Below, one piece after another: positions 18,274 through 28,054 of a DNA stretch of 64,000 bases. The position numbers were made by a program, and so were the translations under genes. Source of the stretch: Candidatus Woesearchaeota archaeon (lineage in GTDB: Archaea; Nanobdellota; Nanobdellia; Woesearchaeales; GW2011-AR9). The stretch spans positions 288,001 to 352,000 of the forward strand of contig JABHQW010000008.1 in the NCBI GenBank assembly GCA_018696595.1. The letters are read 5' to 3'. Within the stretch, counting starts at the first letter, position 1. Every line of letters begins with the position of its first letter. Under the pieces are notes generated by a model. The model did no database searches. It worked only from the letters and a program-made list of their open reading frames with translations, and was not told the DNA's origin.

Positions 18274-19698
18274 ATGTCTATCTTAGATACAATTAGTAGG
18301 TACTTACCAGAGGTAAGAGGACCGAAACAAAAAAGATTACCATTTAAAGAGAAACTAAAATGGACTTTGGTTGTTCTGGTTATTTTTTATGTGATGGGAA
18401 TGATTCCATTATTTGGGTTAGGTAAAAACGCTTTATCTCAATTTGAATTTTTATCAATTATTTTAGGTGCATCTTTTGGAAGTATTATTTCTTTAGGAAT
18501 TGGTCCGATTGTTACTGCATCTATTGTATTACAATTATTGTCGGGAACGGGAATATTAAACATGGACATGACTACTACTGAAGGTAGGCAAAGGTTCCAA
18601 GGGTTACAAAAGATTTTGGCAATCTTCTTTATTGTTTTTGAAGCAATAATTTATGTCGCTATGGGTGGTTTAGCTCCTAGTGATGCTTTCATGGGGACAC
18701 CAATATTTTTTCAGTTAGAAATGTTGTTAATGTTCCAGTTAATTCTAGGTGGAATTGTAATTATGTTTTTGGACGAAGTTATTAGTAAATGGGGTTTTGG
18801 TTCTGGTATTTCGTTATTTATTGCGGGTGGAGTAGCTCAGCAAATTTTAATTAGGTTACTTAGTCCTTTCACTGCTAGTGGAATTCAAGGAGGAGCAGTT
18901 GGATTGGGATACCCTTTTGGGATAGAACCAGCTTCTGGAAAGATCTGGGAAATATTTTATGCTTTAAGTCAGAATGATTTACAATTGTTTGGATTGGCAT
19001 TCGCTTCTATATTAGCTACGGTGATTGTATTCTTAATTTGCGTTTATGGGCAAGCAATGAAAGTTGAGATCCCGTTATCTTTTGGAAAAGTACGTGGTTA
19101 CGGAATGAGATGGCCATTAAATTTCTTTTATACATCTAACATTCCGGTTATTTTAGTTGCTGCACTGATGGCAAACATACAATTAGTAGCTAGTTTACTG
19201 GAGAAGTGGGGTCATCCTTGGTTTGGAACTTTTTCTGGAAACACGCCAGTTAGTGGTTTAGTTTATTGGGTACATTCTCCTGACATTTTACAGAATGTTA
19301 TTAAAGGAAGTTTTGTTTGGAGTATGTTGGGACAAGCAGCAATTTATATTATCATTTTTATTTTAGGTTCAGTGTTGTTTTCTGTATTTTGGATGCAGAC
19401 TGCTAACATGGATGCTAAGAGTCAAGCTAAACAGATATTATCTTCTGGTTTACAGATCCCTGGTTTTAGAAGGGATGAACGGGTTTTGGAAAGGATTCTG
19501 AAAAGGTACATTTGGCCATTAACTATTGTCGGTGGAGCAGCTATTGGATTATTAGCAGCACTTGCTGATTTGACTGGTGCATTATCGCGAGGAACTGGTA
19601 TTTTATTAGCTGTTATGATTGTCTATAAGTTGTATGAAGAAATTGCTAAGCAACATATGATGGACATGCATCCTGCTATGAGAAAGTTCATGGAGTGA
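18274..19698 (+). CDS. secY: Preprotein translocase subunit SecY (Sec61alpha)
   Basis: KLKWT, LGIGPIVTASI, GSGISLFI, YTSNIPVIL, GTGILLAV. Confidence 0.98.
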   Translation: MSILDTISRYLPEVRGPKQKRLPFKEKLKWTLVVLVIFYVMGMIPLFGLGKNALSQFEFLSIILGASFGSIISLGIGPIVTASIVLQLLSGTGILNMDMTTTEGRQRFQGLQKILAIFFIVFEAIIYVAMGGLAPSDAFMGTPIFFQLEMLLMFQLILGGIVIMFLDEVISKWGFGSGISLFIAGGVAQQILIRLLSPFTASGIQGGAVGLGYPFGIEPASGKIWEIFYALSQNDLQLFGLAFASILATVIVFLICVYGQAMKVEIPLSFGKVRGYGMRWPLNFFYTSNIPVILVAALMANIQLVASLLEKWGHPWFGTFSGNTPVSGLVYWVHSPDILQNVIKGSFVWSMLGQAAIYIIIFILGSVLFSVFWMQTANMDAKSQAKQILSSGLQIPGFRRDERVLERILKRYIWPLTIVGGAAIGLLAALADLTGALSRGTGILLAVMIVYKLYEEIAKQHMMDMHPAMRKFME

Positions 19699-19767
19699 GG
19701 TTTAATTCTATTAGAAACGCAGCAAATCCATAACCTTTATATATAATCCTTTAATAAAAACTATAAA

Positions 19768-20568
19768 ATGGCTTTTGAAAATGTATTAGATCCGGTGTTT
19801 AATCCGATACTACAACCTTTACTAAATAAGAGTCCGTTCTTGGCAATCTTAATCTTGGCTGTAGTAATTTCTGTAGTAATTGTTATTGTTTACAAATTAA
19901 TGACCGATCAAGTCAAAATGAAAGAAATGAAAGATCAGCAGAAAGAATCTCAAAAGAAGATGAAAGAACTTAAAGATAATCCTGCTGAGATGATGAAAGT
20001 TCAGAAAGAAGCAATGAAAATGAACATGGAATATATGAAAAAGTCTTTCAAACCAACATTAGTTACTATGATCCCTATCTTATTAATCTTTGGCTGGATG
20101 GCTGGTCACTTTAGTTATGATCCTATTCTTCCTGGTGAAACTTTTAATATTACCGCAGATTTCTTGGAAGGTATCAAGGGAGAAGCCGAACTTATCCCGG
20201 ATGCTGGGATGGAACTGATTAGTGAAGCCAAACAAGAAGTATCTGGGGCTAAAGTGAATTGGAAACTGAAAAGCACGGCCGGAGAGCATGCCATTAAAGT
20301 TAAAGTCGGTGATTCGATCGAAGAAAAAGAAATTTTAATTACAACAGAAGTTAAGGTTGCTCCCATATCTAAAGCGTATGAACATTCAGACATTAAATCT
20401 ATTACAATTAATTACGATCAGTTAAAACCATTAAATCATTTATTTAGTGATGGTGAAAAACAAGCTAGTTTGTCTATCTTTGGCTGGCAACCTGGTTGGT
20501 TAGCTCTTTACATCATATTTTCATTGATCTTTAGTATGGGATTAAGAAAATTATTAAAGATTTACTGA
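19768..20568 (+). CDS. DUF106 / EMC3-TMCO1 (Oxa1 superfamily) membrane protein
   Basis: TM-coiled coil (MKEMKDQQKE)-KPTLVTMIP...GWLALYIIFSLIFSMGLRKLL; conserved position after secY. Confidence 0.85.
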   Translation: MAFENVLDPVFNPILQPLLNKSPFLAILILAVVISVVIVIVYKLMTDQVKMKEMKDQQKESQKKMKELKDNPAEMMKVQKEAMKMNMEYMKKSFKPTLVTMIPILLIFGWMAGHFSYDPILPGETFNITADFLEGIKGEAELIPDAGMELISEAKQEVSGAKVNWKLKSTAGEHAIKVKVGDSIEEKEILITTEVKVAPISKAYEHSDIKSITINYDQLKPLNHLFSDGEKQASLSIFGWQPGWLALYIIFSLIFSMGLRKLLKIY

Positions 20569-20618
20569 TTTATTTTTTTAAATATTTAATTTAATATTTA
20601 ACTTAAGGGAGGGGAAAA

Positions 20619-21755
20619 ATGACACATTTTGAGAAGAAAGAAGAAAGTGATTCAACAAGTCACGAAAATAAAAATCATCATGAACACAGTAAACACCATG
20701 AACATCATGAACCTAAAACGGAAGTTTATCACGATCATAAACACAAATCCGAGGTTCATAAACCACATGGCGAGAAAAAGAAAAAAAGTATGAAAGTTAA
20801 TTTATGGAAAGTTTTTACGGGAGTATTAGCAATATTATTATTAGTTTCGTTATACTTTAATTTTAGTGGAACTGCTTTTTCTTCAGAAGAAACAGTTGCA
20901 ACTGAAACTCTTGGATTTGTTAATAGTGTACTATTACAAGGACAATCAGCAGCAAAGTTGCTAACTATTGAAGAAAAGTCCGGTTTGTATAACATGAAAT
21001 TAAGCCTTTCTGGACAAGAGATTGACAGTTACGTTACTAAAGATGGAGAAATATTCTTCCCACAAGGTTTAATGACTAATGAGGAAGTTGAAACTTCTGA
21101 TGCTTCTGCTCAGGCAGCCGCAACTGTTGATGTTCCTAAAACTGATAAGCCAGTAGTCGATTTATTTGTAATGTCACATTGTCCTTACGGAACTCAAGCA
21201 GAGAAAGGAATCTTACCAATCGTAAATTTATTGGGAGATAAAGTTGACTTTGAGTTGAAGTTTGTTAATTATGCAATGCATGGTAAGAAAGAACTTGACG
21301 AACAGCTTAACCAATATTGTATCCAGAAAGAACAAAATGATAAGTTTAATGCTTATTTGGAATGTTTCTTAGGTGCTGGAGATGGTGAAAGTTGTTTAAC
21401 TTCTACTGAAGTTGATGTGGCTAAAATGAAATCTTGCGTTGATAAGGCTGATAAAGAATTTAAGATCTCTGAACTTTTTGCTGATCAAACATCTTGGCAA
21501 GGGGGAAAGTTTCCTCAGTTTAACACCCACGATCAAGAAAATGAGTTGTATGGCGTTCAAGGAAGTCCAACTTTGATTATTAATGGTGTTAAGGTTTCTT
21601 CCGCTAGGAGTCCAGCTGCTTATTTAGACACCGTTTGTGGTGCTTTCTCAGAGCAGCCTGTTGAGTGTACTGAATCAACTGGGGTAAGCACAGAAACTTA
21701 CCAACCTGGATTTGGTTACGAAGCAGGAACAGCTACAGCAGCAAGTTGTGGTTAG
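20619..21755 (+). CDS. Membrane-anchored DsbA/thioredoxin-fold protein with His-rich N-terminus
   Basis: His-rich segment, TM helix, YVTKDG (DsbC/G-like N-domain), FVMSHCPYG, cis-Pro loop GVQGSPTLIING. Confidence 0.7.
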   Translation: MTHFEKKEESDSTSHENKNHHEHSKHHEHHEPKTEVYHDHKHKSEVHKPHGEKKKKSMKVNLWKVFTGVLAILLLVSLYFNFSGTAFSSEETVATETLGFVNSVLLQGQSAAKLLTIEEKSGLYNMKLSLSGQEIDSYVTKDGEIFFPQGLMTNEEVETSDASAQAAATVDVPKTDKPVVDLFVMSHCPYGTQAEKGILPIVNLLGDKVDFELKFVNYAMHGKKELDEQLNQYCIQKEQNDKFNAYLECFLGAGDGESCLTSTEVDVAKMKSCVDKADKEFKISELFADQTSWQGGKFPQFNTHDQENELYGVQGSPTLIINGVKVSSARSPAAYLDTVCGAFSEQPVECTESTGVSTETYQPGFGYEAGTATAASCG

Positions 21756-21782
21756 TTTTTTATTTTTTCTTTCTTTTTTCTT
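21756..21782 (+). terminator. T-rich archaeal terminator-like tract
   Basis: Near-pure T tract immediately after the stop codon. Confidence 0.45.
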
Positions 21783-21785
21783 AGT

Positions 21786-21798
21786 AAACTTTATAAAC
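21786..21798 (+). promoter_or_regulatory. BRE/TATA promoter for rpl34e-rpl14e
   Basis: AAACTTTATAAAC. Confidence 0.55.
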
Positions 21799-21905
21799 CA
21801 CATTCTTTCTGGGTATAATAAGTCCCAAGTGGACGATTCGGAGGCGACTCGAGTCATATATTGATTCTAATTAGCTTCTTAAAATAACATAAAGGTGAAA
21901 TAAAC

Positions 21906-22181
21906 ATGCCAAGAGGAATGCATAAATCGAGAACATTAAGACAAGTATTCGTTAAAACTCCCGGTGGAAAGACTGTAAAACATTTCAGAAGAAGAAAACC
22001 ATCTAAGACAATTTGCGGATCTTGTAAAAAAGAATTAAAGGGAGTACCTAAAGATATCCCTTCAAAAGTGAGAGCAATACCAAAATCTGCAAGACGACCA
22101 GAGCGACCTTATGGTGGCGTATTTTGTTCAGCTTGTACTAGAAAGTTATTACAACAAAAGGCTAGGGAGGGAGAAAAATGA
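21906..22181 (+). CDS. rpl34e: 50S ribosomal protein L34e
   Basis: KTPGG, CGSC...LKGV, RPERPYGGVFCSAC. Confidence 0.96.
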   Translation: MPRGMHKSRTLRQVFVKTPGGKTVKHFRRRKPSKTICGSCKKELKGVPKDIPSKVRAIPKSARRPERPYGGVFCSACTRKLLQQKAREGEK

Positions 22182-22609
22182 GTTTATTCCAAGTAGGACG
22201 ATTAGCAGTGAAAATCGCAGGCCGTGACGCAGGAAGAAAGTGCGTAATTGTTGAACTAATTGATCAGAATTTTGCAGTTATTGATGGTGATGTAAGAAGG
22301 AAAAAAGTTAACCTTAGACATTTAGAACCGTTAACACAAACTGTTGATCTTAAAGACAAAGCTTCTCATGATGAAGTTAAGAAAGCTTTTGAAAAGTTGG
22401 AATTACCGGTTTGGGAAAAGAAAAGTAAAACTCCAGCCCCAAGAGTAAAGAAGACTAAAAAAGTTAAGGCAAAACCCGCTACAGAGAAAAAGGTTAAGAA
22501 AGAAACTAAGAAAGAAGAGAAAACTGTAGAAAAGAAGGAAGTGCCTAAGACCGAAGAGAAGCCTGTTGAGAAGCCAGTAGAAGAAAAAGCTGCAGAGAAG
22601 AAAGAGTAA
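22178..22609 (+). CDS. rpl14e: 50S ribosomal protein L14e with K/E-rich tail
   Basis: VGRLAVKIAGRDAGRKCVIV, RRKKVNLRHLEP. Confidence 0.96.
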   Translation: MSLFQVGRLAVKIAGRDAGRKCVIVELIDQNFAVIDGDVRRKKVNLRHLEPLTQTVDLKDKASHDEVKKAFEKLELPVWEKKSKTPAPRVKKTKKVKAKPATEKKVKKETKKEEKTVEKKEVPKTEEKPVEKPVEEKAAEKKE

Positions 22610-22627
22610 TTTCTTTTATTTATTTTT

Positions 22628-24283
22628 TTATTTTTTATTTTCTTTTAAAACTTCAAACAATTTCTCAAGATCCAATTCCATTCCAACAACTGGAACAACT
22701 AATTCCCAATTGTTAAGAACTTTTGGAGACAATTCTCCGATAAAGCCAACAATAATATCTTTAATAATAATTTCACCAACCCTACCCAATATAAAACTAG
22801 GATGCGAAGTTTCTTTTACAGAAAATTCTAATCCTAAAGAACCCATTAAAGCAGCTAAGATTTGCCTAACCTCAGTAAAGTCAGTTTTCTCATGACAAAT
22901 AGTAATCCCTAAGTGCTCAGTTTCAACAACTTTCGTTTCAGTATCTCCTGAAACAAAAGTTCTTCCAATCTCAAAAATGTTTTGTGGATATTCGTGATGC
23001 TGATTATCTTTTAAATTTAATAATAAGCTTGGTAAAATCCAATTTCTGAGATGGTTATGTTCACCTAATGCATTCTTTAAAGGAATAATCTCATTTTCTA
23101 AAAGCATTTTCTCATTAAGGTTTTCTTTAGTAATCAAATGATAATTCTTAACTTCTAATAATTTTAATCCTACTAAGATCTCTCTAATTTTTTTAGAAAA
23201 CTTTTCCAAAGGATCTTCTTCTGCTACAGTTGCAACGTTGGGAATTGTTTCTTCAAAGTTTTCATAACCATAAGCAATAGCAATATCTTCAGCTAGGTCT
23301 ACTTGGTGTAAAATGTCTGAACGATAAGCTGGAATCATCACAATTCCATTTTCATAACCGTAACCCATTTTTTCAAGTTGGGTTTTAGCTTCTTCCTCAG
23401 AAAGATTCAACCCTAACCACTTGTTGATATATCTTAAATCTAATTTCATCTTTTCTGGAGTTAAATCTGGACTTGTTTTTTTACTGTCTGGGTAATCTAA
23501 TTCTAATGAATAAATTTCACCACCCATCTCTGCAAAAGCAGTAACGACCATATTCAAACATTTACTTAACACTTCATAATCAAATCCAGAACATTCAATA
23601 AAAACTTCTTTAGTTTCTTCAGTAATCTTTCCTAGATTATCTGAATTAATAATTGGGGGCATACTTAGAACCTGATTATTATTATCTACAAAAATTGGGA
23701 ACTTATCTTGTCCTTCTAACAAATGGCCAAATTCTCTTCCAGTTTTATGTTGAGATAATATTTGCAAACCAGTCATTTCTTTATTTGCTTCTAAAGGTTG
23801 AAACTTAATCTTATTTGGGTCTTCTGCTTTGTAGGTTATTGGGAAACCAATCTTTTCCATTGGATACACACCAAGGGCCATCTTCTTTCTATTTCTGCCA
23901 TAAGTGATATGTAACTTTTCTTGGATCTGAATTATTTCTTTTATTTTCTCATCATCAAAATTAATATTCTTTATAATTGCACAAGCAGTATAGGGACGAA
24001 CTACTTTGACAGATTCCTCAACAATTACTTTTTGTCCTGAGCTTTTAATGTCATAATATTTTAATCCGACTTTTTCTCCAATGAAACTAGAGAATGCTCT
24101 AGCGAACCCTTGAACTGATAATAGGTCCGGCCGGTTAGGAAATATTTCTACAGTAATTTCATTACCTTCAATAGATTCTAAATCCGTTCCTAACATACTA
24201 ATTCTATCTTTAAGTTCTTCTAGTGGGAGTTCTTTTCCTACTAGTTGTTCAAATACTTTCTTGTTTAGTGTTATAGTTGGCAT
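22628..24283 (-). CDS. pheT: Phenylalanine-tRNA ligase beta subunit (archaeal type)
   Basis: MPTITL, PNRPDLLS, SMPPIINS, PAYRSDILHQVDLAEDIAIAYGY. Confidence 0.97.
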   Translation of the reverse strand: MPTITLNKKVFEQLVGKELPLEELKDRISMLGTDLESIEGNEITVEIFPNRPDLLSVQGFARAFSSFIGEKVGLKYYDIKSSGQKVIVEESVKVVRPYTACAIIKNINFDDEKIKEIIQIQEKLHITYGRNRKKMALGVYPMEKIGFPITYKAEDPNKIKFQPLEANKEMTGLQILSQHKTGREFGHLLEGQDKFPIFVDNNNQVLSMPPIINSDNLGKITEETKEVFIECSGFDYEVLSKCLNMVVTAFAEMGGEIYSLELDYPDSKKTSPDLTPEKMKLDLRYINKWLGLNLSEEEAKTQLEKMGYGYENGIVMIPAYRSDILHQVDLAEDIAIAYGYENFEETIPNVATVAEEDPLEKFSKKIREILVGLKLLEVKNYHLITKENLNEKMLLENEIIPLKNALGEHNHLRNWILPSLLLNLKDNQHHEYPQNIFEIGRTFVSGDTETKVVETEHLGITICHEKTDFTEVRQILAALMGSLGLEFSVKETSHPSFILGRVGEIIIKDIIVGFIGELSPKVLNNWELVVPVVGMELDLEKLFEVLKENKK

Positions 24284-24312
24284 TTTGTTTTTCTCTGTTC
24301 TTGGTGATTATT

Positions 24313-25059
24313 TTAAACTAATGTTGGTACATCGATAAATTCTACTTCAACATTAAACTTTTCTTTTAACAAAGGCATTAAAGCTTTAACTCCAAACACT
24401 TCTGTTTCATAATGTCCACCAAAGATTACATTAATTTTATTTTCTTTAGCTAAGTGATGTAAATATTGTGAAGATTCTCCAGTAATATAAAGATCTACAC
24501 CTTTTTGAATTGCTTCAAATGTATTTTCTGCTGCTCCTCCAGAAATGATGGCAACAGTTTTTATTTCTTTTTTTCCAAAATCTAGACTTCTTGTTTTCAT
24601 TCCATTTTCTTCTAATGCTTTTTTAACATCTTCTAATGTTCCAGAAAATTCTCCTTGATATCCAATTGTTTGGTTGTGATGTTCTCCAAATGGTTTAATT
24701 TTTTTTAACTTTAGAATATTTACAATTTGAATGTTGTTGCCATGGATTGGATGTGCATCTAATGGTAAATGTGCACAATAAACAGCAATATTATTTTCAA
24801 TTAAGAACTTAACTCTTTCATAATGGTGTCCATTAATATGTGTTAATCCTTTATACATCATTCCGTGATGTGTGATTAACATTTGACAGCCAGCTTCTTT
24901 AGCTTTTTCAAATGTTTCTAGGCTTGCATCTACTGAAAAACCAATCTTTTTGATTTCTTCTGTATTTTCTACTTGTAAACCATTATTGGCATAATCCTCA
25001 AAGTCTTTGGTCTTCAATTCTTCGTTTAAAAATCCGCTTATTTCTTTTGCATTTACCAT
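24313..25059 (-). CDS. Nif3/YbgI family dinuclear metal-centre protein
   Basis: NGLQV, THHG, HLPLDAH, GHYETE. Confidence 0.92.
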   Translation of the reverse strand: MVNAKEISGFLNEELKTKDFEDYANNGLQVENTEEIKKIGFSVDASLETFEKAKEAGCQMLITHHGMMYKGLTHINGHHYERVKFLIENNIAVYCAHLPLDAHPIHGNNIQIVNILKLKKIKPFGEHHNQTIGYQGEFSGTLEDVKKALEENGMKTRSLDFGKKEIKTVAIISGGAAENTFEAIQKGVDLYITGESSQYLHHLAKENKINVIFGGHYETEVFGVKALMPLLKEKFNVEVEFIDVPTLV

Positions 25060-25061
25060 TT

Positions 25062-25451
25062 TTATTCTATTACCAACTCCTTAAAATTTGTTTCTTCATC
25101 AAGTTTACGACAGAATCTTAATGATTCCTCTTCGCCAATGATTAATTCTGCAGTTGTGTAAATTACGCATCCTTCTTTAAGATGTCCCCCAATAACATTT
25201 CCTTCTTTATCAGATAAAGAAATATGTAGGTGTAAACCATCTTGTGATAAAGTCCCCACTAATGAAACAATTTCAAACTTTTCATTGTACTCTTTTATAA
25301 CTTCTTCATCTGCTAATCTTAACTTTGCTTTCTTTAAACTTCCAACACAGCTGACAATAAAACCCGCAGAAATGTTTTTTTCTTTAGTGAGTAGATTTAA
25401 TTCTTTCTTTAGATCCATTTCTGGTTTTAATCTTAATGCATAACTTTTCAT
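25062..25451 (-). CDS. PPC/DUF296 domain protein
   Basis: ALRLKP..DL, VGSL, FEIVSLVG, HLHISL, GGHL. ATGA overlap with the pheS stop. Confidence 0.9.
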   Translation of the reverse strand: MKSYALRLKPEMDLKKELNLLTKEKNISAGFIVSCVGSLKKAKLRLADEEVIKEYNEKFEIVSLVGTLSQDGLHLHISLSDKEGNVIGGHLKEGCVIYTTAELIIGEEESLRFCRKLDEETNFKELVIE

Positions 25452-26968
25452 TTTAACCATACCTTCATTTCTCTAATTTGTTTTAAATCGTTTTTATATA
25501 ATTCTCTAATATCCATTATTTTCCAATATTCTGAAATGATTCTGCCCATTCCCTGTCCCCAAGCTAAAACAGGGCATTCAAATCCTAATAATGGTTTAAC
25601 AACTTCTGGCCGGAAAATTCCTGCTCCACCTAATTCGACCCATTCTTTCTTTACAGGATGAAACACATCCACTTCTACACTTGGTTCTGTATAAGGAAAA
25701 TGTGCTGGTCTCATTCTTACTTTTGAGAACCCCATCTTTTGATAAAACTCTTTTAAGTATCCTTTCAGATGTTTCAAATTAGCATTTGGATCAATTACAA
25801 TCCCTTCAACTTGATAAAACTCAAATAAATGTTTCCAATCAAGAGCTTCGTTTCTAAAAACCTTATTCACAGAAAAGAATTTTGCAGGAAGGTCTTCTTT
25901 TTTAAGTCCAGCAATAGTTTGTGCAGATAAAACTGTGGTGTGTGTTCTCAACATAATTTTTTCTGCTTCTTCTTTTGAATATTTACTTTGCCATCCTTTA
26001 CTATTAGTTTCTCCACCGGTTTCATGGACTTCTTTAATTTTCTCCCAGAATTCTGGCAGCTTAGCTTTTCCATTTAGATAAAACGTATCTTGCATTTCTC
26101 TTGCTGGATGATCTTGTGGAACAAACAATGCGTCTAAATCCCAGAAAGCAGATTGAACATAATTTCCAGTCATTTCTTTAAAACCAAGGTCCATCCAAAT
26201 TTGTTTAATATAATCAACTGCATCATTAACAAAATGTTTTTTTCCCATTTGAACTTTAGGAACATTAATCTCAACATCATAGGCCCGGAATTGTTTATCT
26301 TTCCAACTACCTGTTTTTAACATTCCAGTTGTTAATCTGTTAACAAATTCTCCCGACAAATCCTCGTTTGCTAACTCTTTTCCTAATTCTGTTAGTTCAA
26401 TAGTTAATTTCTTTTCATCTTCAACTTTAAGAAAACTTTTCCTTTTCTTTAACTCATCAAAAGCTAGTTTTTCAACATCTTTGACAGAAGACAAATCAAG
26501 CGGAAATTCTTTTTCCAAAAACTTTTCTTCATAAGTTCCTTCTTTAAGAATTTTTTCTGCTTGTGATCCTAATTTAATCATTAATTCTTCTTCTTTTTTA
26601 ACTTCAATTGCTAGTTTTCTTTTTAATAAACCAATACAGGCATTAAGTTCTTCTCGTTCTAATTTGGTTTTTTCAGCAACAACTGTTAATGATTGAAATT
26701 CTTCAGATAATGATTCTAAGAACTTTCTTTCTGGGAATCCTTCCTCTTTATACTTTAAGCCATTTGAATCTAAAATCACAATCTTTTTCTCTTCCTTGTT
26801 AACTTTAACAACTTCTTTATTCTCTAACCATTGCAAAGCTCGCATGACTTCAATTTCTTGCAATTTAGAGGCTTTAACAATTGCAGATAATTCAGTATTC
26901 TCTTTTAAAACAGGTAATACTTTTCTCTCTAAATCGTGCAATTTTGAGATTATTGGTTTTAAGTCCAT
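25448..26968 (-). CDS. pheS: Phenylalanine-tRNA ligase alpha subunit (archaeal/eukaryotic type)
   Basis: FVPQDHPAREMQDTF, LRTHTT, VFRNE, FPYTEPS, ELGGAGIFRPE. Confidence 0.98.
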   Translation of the reverse strand: MDLKPIISKLHDLERKVLPVLKENTELSAIVKASKLQEIEVMRALQWLENKEVVKVNKEEKKIVILDSNGLKYKEEGFPERKFLESLSEEFQSLTVVAEKTKLEREELNACIGLLKRKLAIEVKKEEELMIKLGSQAEKILKEGTYEEKFLEKEFPLDLSSVKDVEKLAFDELKKRKSFLKVEDEKKLTIELTELGKELANEDLSGEFVNRLTTGMLKTGSWKDKQFRAYDVEINVPKVQMGKKHFVNDAVDYIKQIWMDLGFKEMTGNYVQSAFWDLDALFVPQDHPAREMQDTFYLNGKAKLPEFWEKIKEVHETGGETNSKGWQSKYSKEEAEKIMLRTHTTVLSAQTIAGLKKEDLPAKFFSVNKVFRNEALDWKHLFEFYQVEGIVIDPNANLKHLKGYLKEFYQKMGFSKVRMRPAHFPYTEPSVEVDVFHPVKKEWVELGGAGIFRPEVVKPLLGFECPVLAWGQGMGRIISEYWKIMDIRELYKNDLKQIREMKVWLK

Positions 26969-27060
26969 ATTAGAAAATGTGAAGGGCTATTTATTTATAA
27001 AATCTTCTTTAAAATAGACTAGATATTAAAATAAAAGAGAAAAAAGAAAAAGGTAAAAAT

Positions 27061-27855
27061 TTACTTCTTGTTCCAAGAGTCAGTAAACATTTGATCCATT
27101 GCAGTTGCGAAGTAAGGTGTTTTAACCCAAACGCCCAAATCATAAGAAGGATGTACTTCTTGATCATTTAGCATCATGAAAACTAAGTCTTTACTATCTA
27201 CTGTAACAAATCTGGATTTAACTTTGTCGTTATGTTTAACTTCTGCTAATCCTTTTAGACTATCTGCAAATACTTTATTTTCTTTGTTTAGTGGTGCAGC
27301 AATTCTAACCTTTACTCCTCTTTTCTTAGCAACTTCTAAATTTGCCCGCAATCCTTCAACCTTTCTAATAAATCCTTTGTCAGAAGTCATGATATTAACA
27401 CTTTTCTTAGCATCCTTAATTAACAAGTCTAGGTGGTTATAAATATTATTTCTGCCTCTTAAGCATCCACTTAATTCAGATGGGTCTACCAAACTAATAC
27501 CATTAGTGTGCAAACTTTCTAACTCTACTAATAATGGTGATGTCTTAATGCCATCTAATCTTTTAACTTTTTCTTGCGCTTCGTTGTGCATATTCTTTTT
27601 AACTCTGTCAACAACTTCGCTTGGTGGAATCGCAATATATTTAATTGGCTTACCCAATTTCATAACAACAAAACCTTTCTTTTCCAAACTTTCTAAAACA
27701 TCATAACTTCTAGATCTTGGAACATCAGCAATATCTGATAATTCTCCTGCTGTTGAAACGCCTCGACTTAACAAAGCAGCCCATAACTTAACTTCATACA
27801 AATTCAGATCAAAGTAGCGTCTTAGCTTACTCAATAATTCTTCTTTTACAATCAT
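27061..27855 (-). CDS. TrmB-family transcriptional regulator / chromatin protein
   Basis: LNLYEVK, AGELSDIADVPRSRSYDVLESLEKKG winged-HTH; PLD-like C-terminal domain. Confidence 0.9.
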   Translation of the reverse strand: MIVKEELLSKLRRYFDLNLYEVKLWAALLSRGVSTAGELSDIADVPRSRSYDVLESLEKKGFVVMKLGKPIKYIAIPPSEVVDRVKKNMHNEAQEKVKRLDGIKTSPLLVELESLHTNGISLVDPSELSGCLRGRNNIYNHLDLLIKDAKKSVNIMTSDKGFIRKVEGLRANLEVAKKRGVKVRIAAPLNKENKVFADSLKGLAEVKHNDKVKSRFVTVDSKDLVFMMLNDQEVHPSYDLGVWVKTPYFATAMDQMFTDSWNKK

Positions 27856-28054
27856 TTTTTCAAAACCCCTCCTTTTTCACGAAAATAAAAATCCCTCCAT
27901 TATGATTCCAGGAATTTTTAATCTTGCCTAACAAGCAAGAAATTAATTTTCATTACTTGGTTATCAGTAAAACAAACTACTATTAAAAGGTTGTGGTTTT
28001 CCAAAGTATAGCTTGACTTGTTTTAGTAGTAACAATATCTAGTTTGCGGTTTTA

